From NCBI GenBank assembly GCA_043228905.1, contig JBHGNT010000008.1:15004001-15068000 (forward strand): a DNA stretch of 64,000 nt, in the 5' to 3' direction. Positions 62,942 to 64,000 of the stretch are shown here, piece by piece. Both the position numbers and the translations under genes were made by a program. The notes beneath the pieces were generated by a model, which saw nothing but the letters and a program-made list of their open reading frames with translations, did no database searches and had not been told where the DNA came from. Numbering within the stretch: position 1 is the first letter of the stretch; each line of letters begins with the position of its first letter. This DNA is from Azolla caroliniana. Taxonomy: Eukaryota > Plantae > Polypodiophyta.

Positions 62942-64000
62942 TGTCGTAGTGTATTTCGTACACTACGTGAAAAAGTAAAAATAATATAACCGATTTAATT
63001 ACATATAAATAAATAAAATAAGAATATCAAGATATTTATCACCAATAAATAAAATAAGAATATCAAGATATTTATCACATGCATAGGGCAAGATTTGAAC
63101 CTTGTACCTCCACGTAGCCAAATCTCAACTTTACCATTATGCTACCTTATCTTTAGTGTTTTATAAATAGATTTAATAACTATAAGTGCTTTATTTGCGC
63201 CTACCTTTATTAAAAGATAAATCATGCATTTTTAGAGTGCGTGAATATTTTATAGAAAAACGCAAGCAACTAAAAAGTGACTCATGCACATTTAGCGTGC
63301 ATGAGCACTATATTTAGCAAATAAAAGCAAGGATTAGAAAAGCATCACATGCACATTTAGTGTGCATGAACATATTAGAAAAAGCATGTAGTTATGCTTA
63401 GTCTCTCCCATCACTACATAAGGATGGGGAGCACAATGTAATAGGTGTGAAAAATATTTGGAAACTAGATATGTTTCTAAAAAACACCAATTAATAAACT
63501 ATACTCGTGGGATTCACGAGAATTCTATATCATTCTCTTTCAACCGAAGTTTATATTCTTATATTCATATTGATTAATCTAATACAATACACTCGTGGGA
63601 TTCACGAGTTTGCTATAACTCTTTCTTACAACATATTTATATTCTTATTAGCCTTAAAACTCTCTTCTTCCTAGTCCAAAACCCCAGTGGTTCCCACCCG
63701 ACTCACGCAAACGATCCGGAGCCGAAAGGCACGACACAGTTGGTGAACCCGACGTGAAGGCGGGTGGCAAGGAGATGGAGAATCAACAAGAGGCAATGAG
63801 CATAATGATGATGATGATGTTCGAGCGGATGCTACAAGAACAACGTGCGATGTCGGAAATGAAGGCGGCAGTAGAGCGGCTTCTGCGACGAAACGGGGAA
63901 TTCAACGGTAAGGGTGTGTCACGCTATCTACGTGACTACAAGGCGGAGATGATACGATGTGGGATACCGGAAGGATTGCAAGTGACATCCTTCAATCGGG
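62942..64000 (+). mobile_element. Family D LTR retrotransposon, 5' end (LTR 62942-63736, tRNA-Trp PBS 63741-63758)
   Basis: TGTCG..CGACA termini and PBS TGGTGAACCCGACGTGAA; homologous to the solo LTR at 18040-18859. Confidence 0.87.
63775..64000 (+). CDS. Family D gag N-terminus (runs off the window)
   Basis: ATG 16 nt after the PBS; MENQQEAM..FNGKGVSRYLRDYKAEM, open to the window end. Confidence 0.65.
   Translation, partial: MENQQEAMSIMMMMMFERMLQEQRAMSEMKAAVERLLRRNGEFNGKGVSRYLRDYKAEMIRCGIPEGLQVTSFNR

Overview
This window is a gene-free stack of nested plant LTR retrotransposons. A non-seed plant such as a fern is plausible but cannot be shown from the sequence. It holds three Ty1/copia families (A, B, C; tRNA-iMet PBS). 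Three copia copies are full length with 5-bp TSDs: 23392-28940, 29990-35364 and 46916-52454. A non-chromovirus, Athila/Tat-like Ty3/gypsy family 'G' occurs as three large copies (8102-17691 -, 17692-37375 +, 38811-54482 -) plus relics, with one gag-pol ORF and a ~970-aa extra sense ORF3. Two tRNA-Trp-primed families (D, E), several solo LTRs and a SWIM-finger relic complete the picture. The main observation is that family G has no polypurine tract before its 3' LTR. All three copies instead carry a sense copy of a tRNA-Arg-like 3' end (GTGGGTTCGA-[covarying hairpin]-TCCCACGGGCGTGCCA) 2 nt before the LTR, i.e. a second, inverted PBS, which suggests tRNA-primed plus-strand synthesis. The same family shows aberrant U5-end integrations: a 72-bp target duplication and an integrated LTR carrying an 18-nt tRNA copy. 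Coordinates were read by eye, and tRNA and lineage identities are from memory and need database confirmation.
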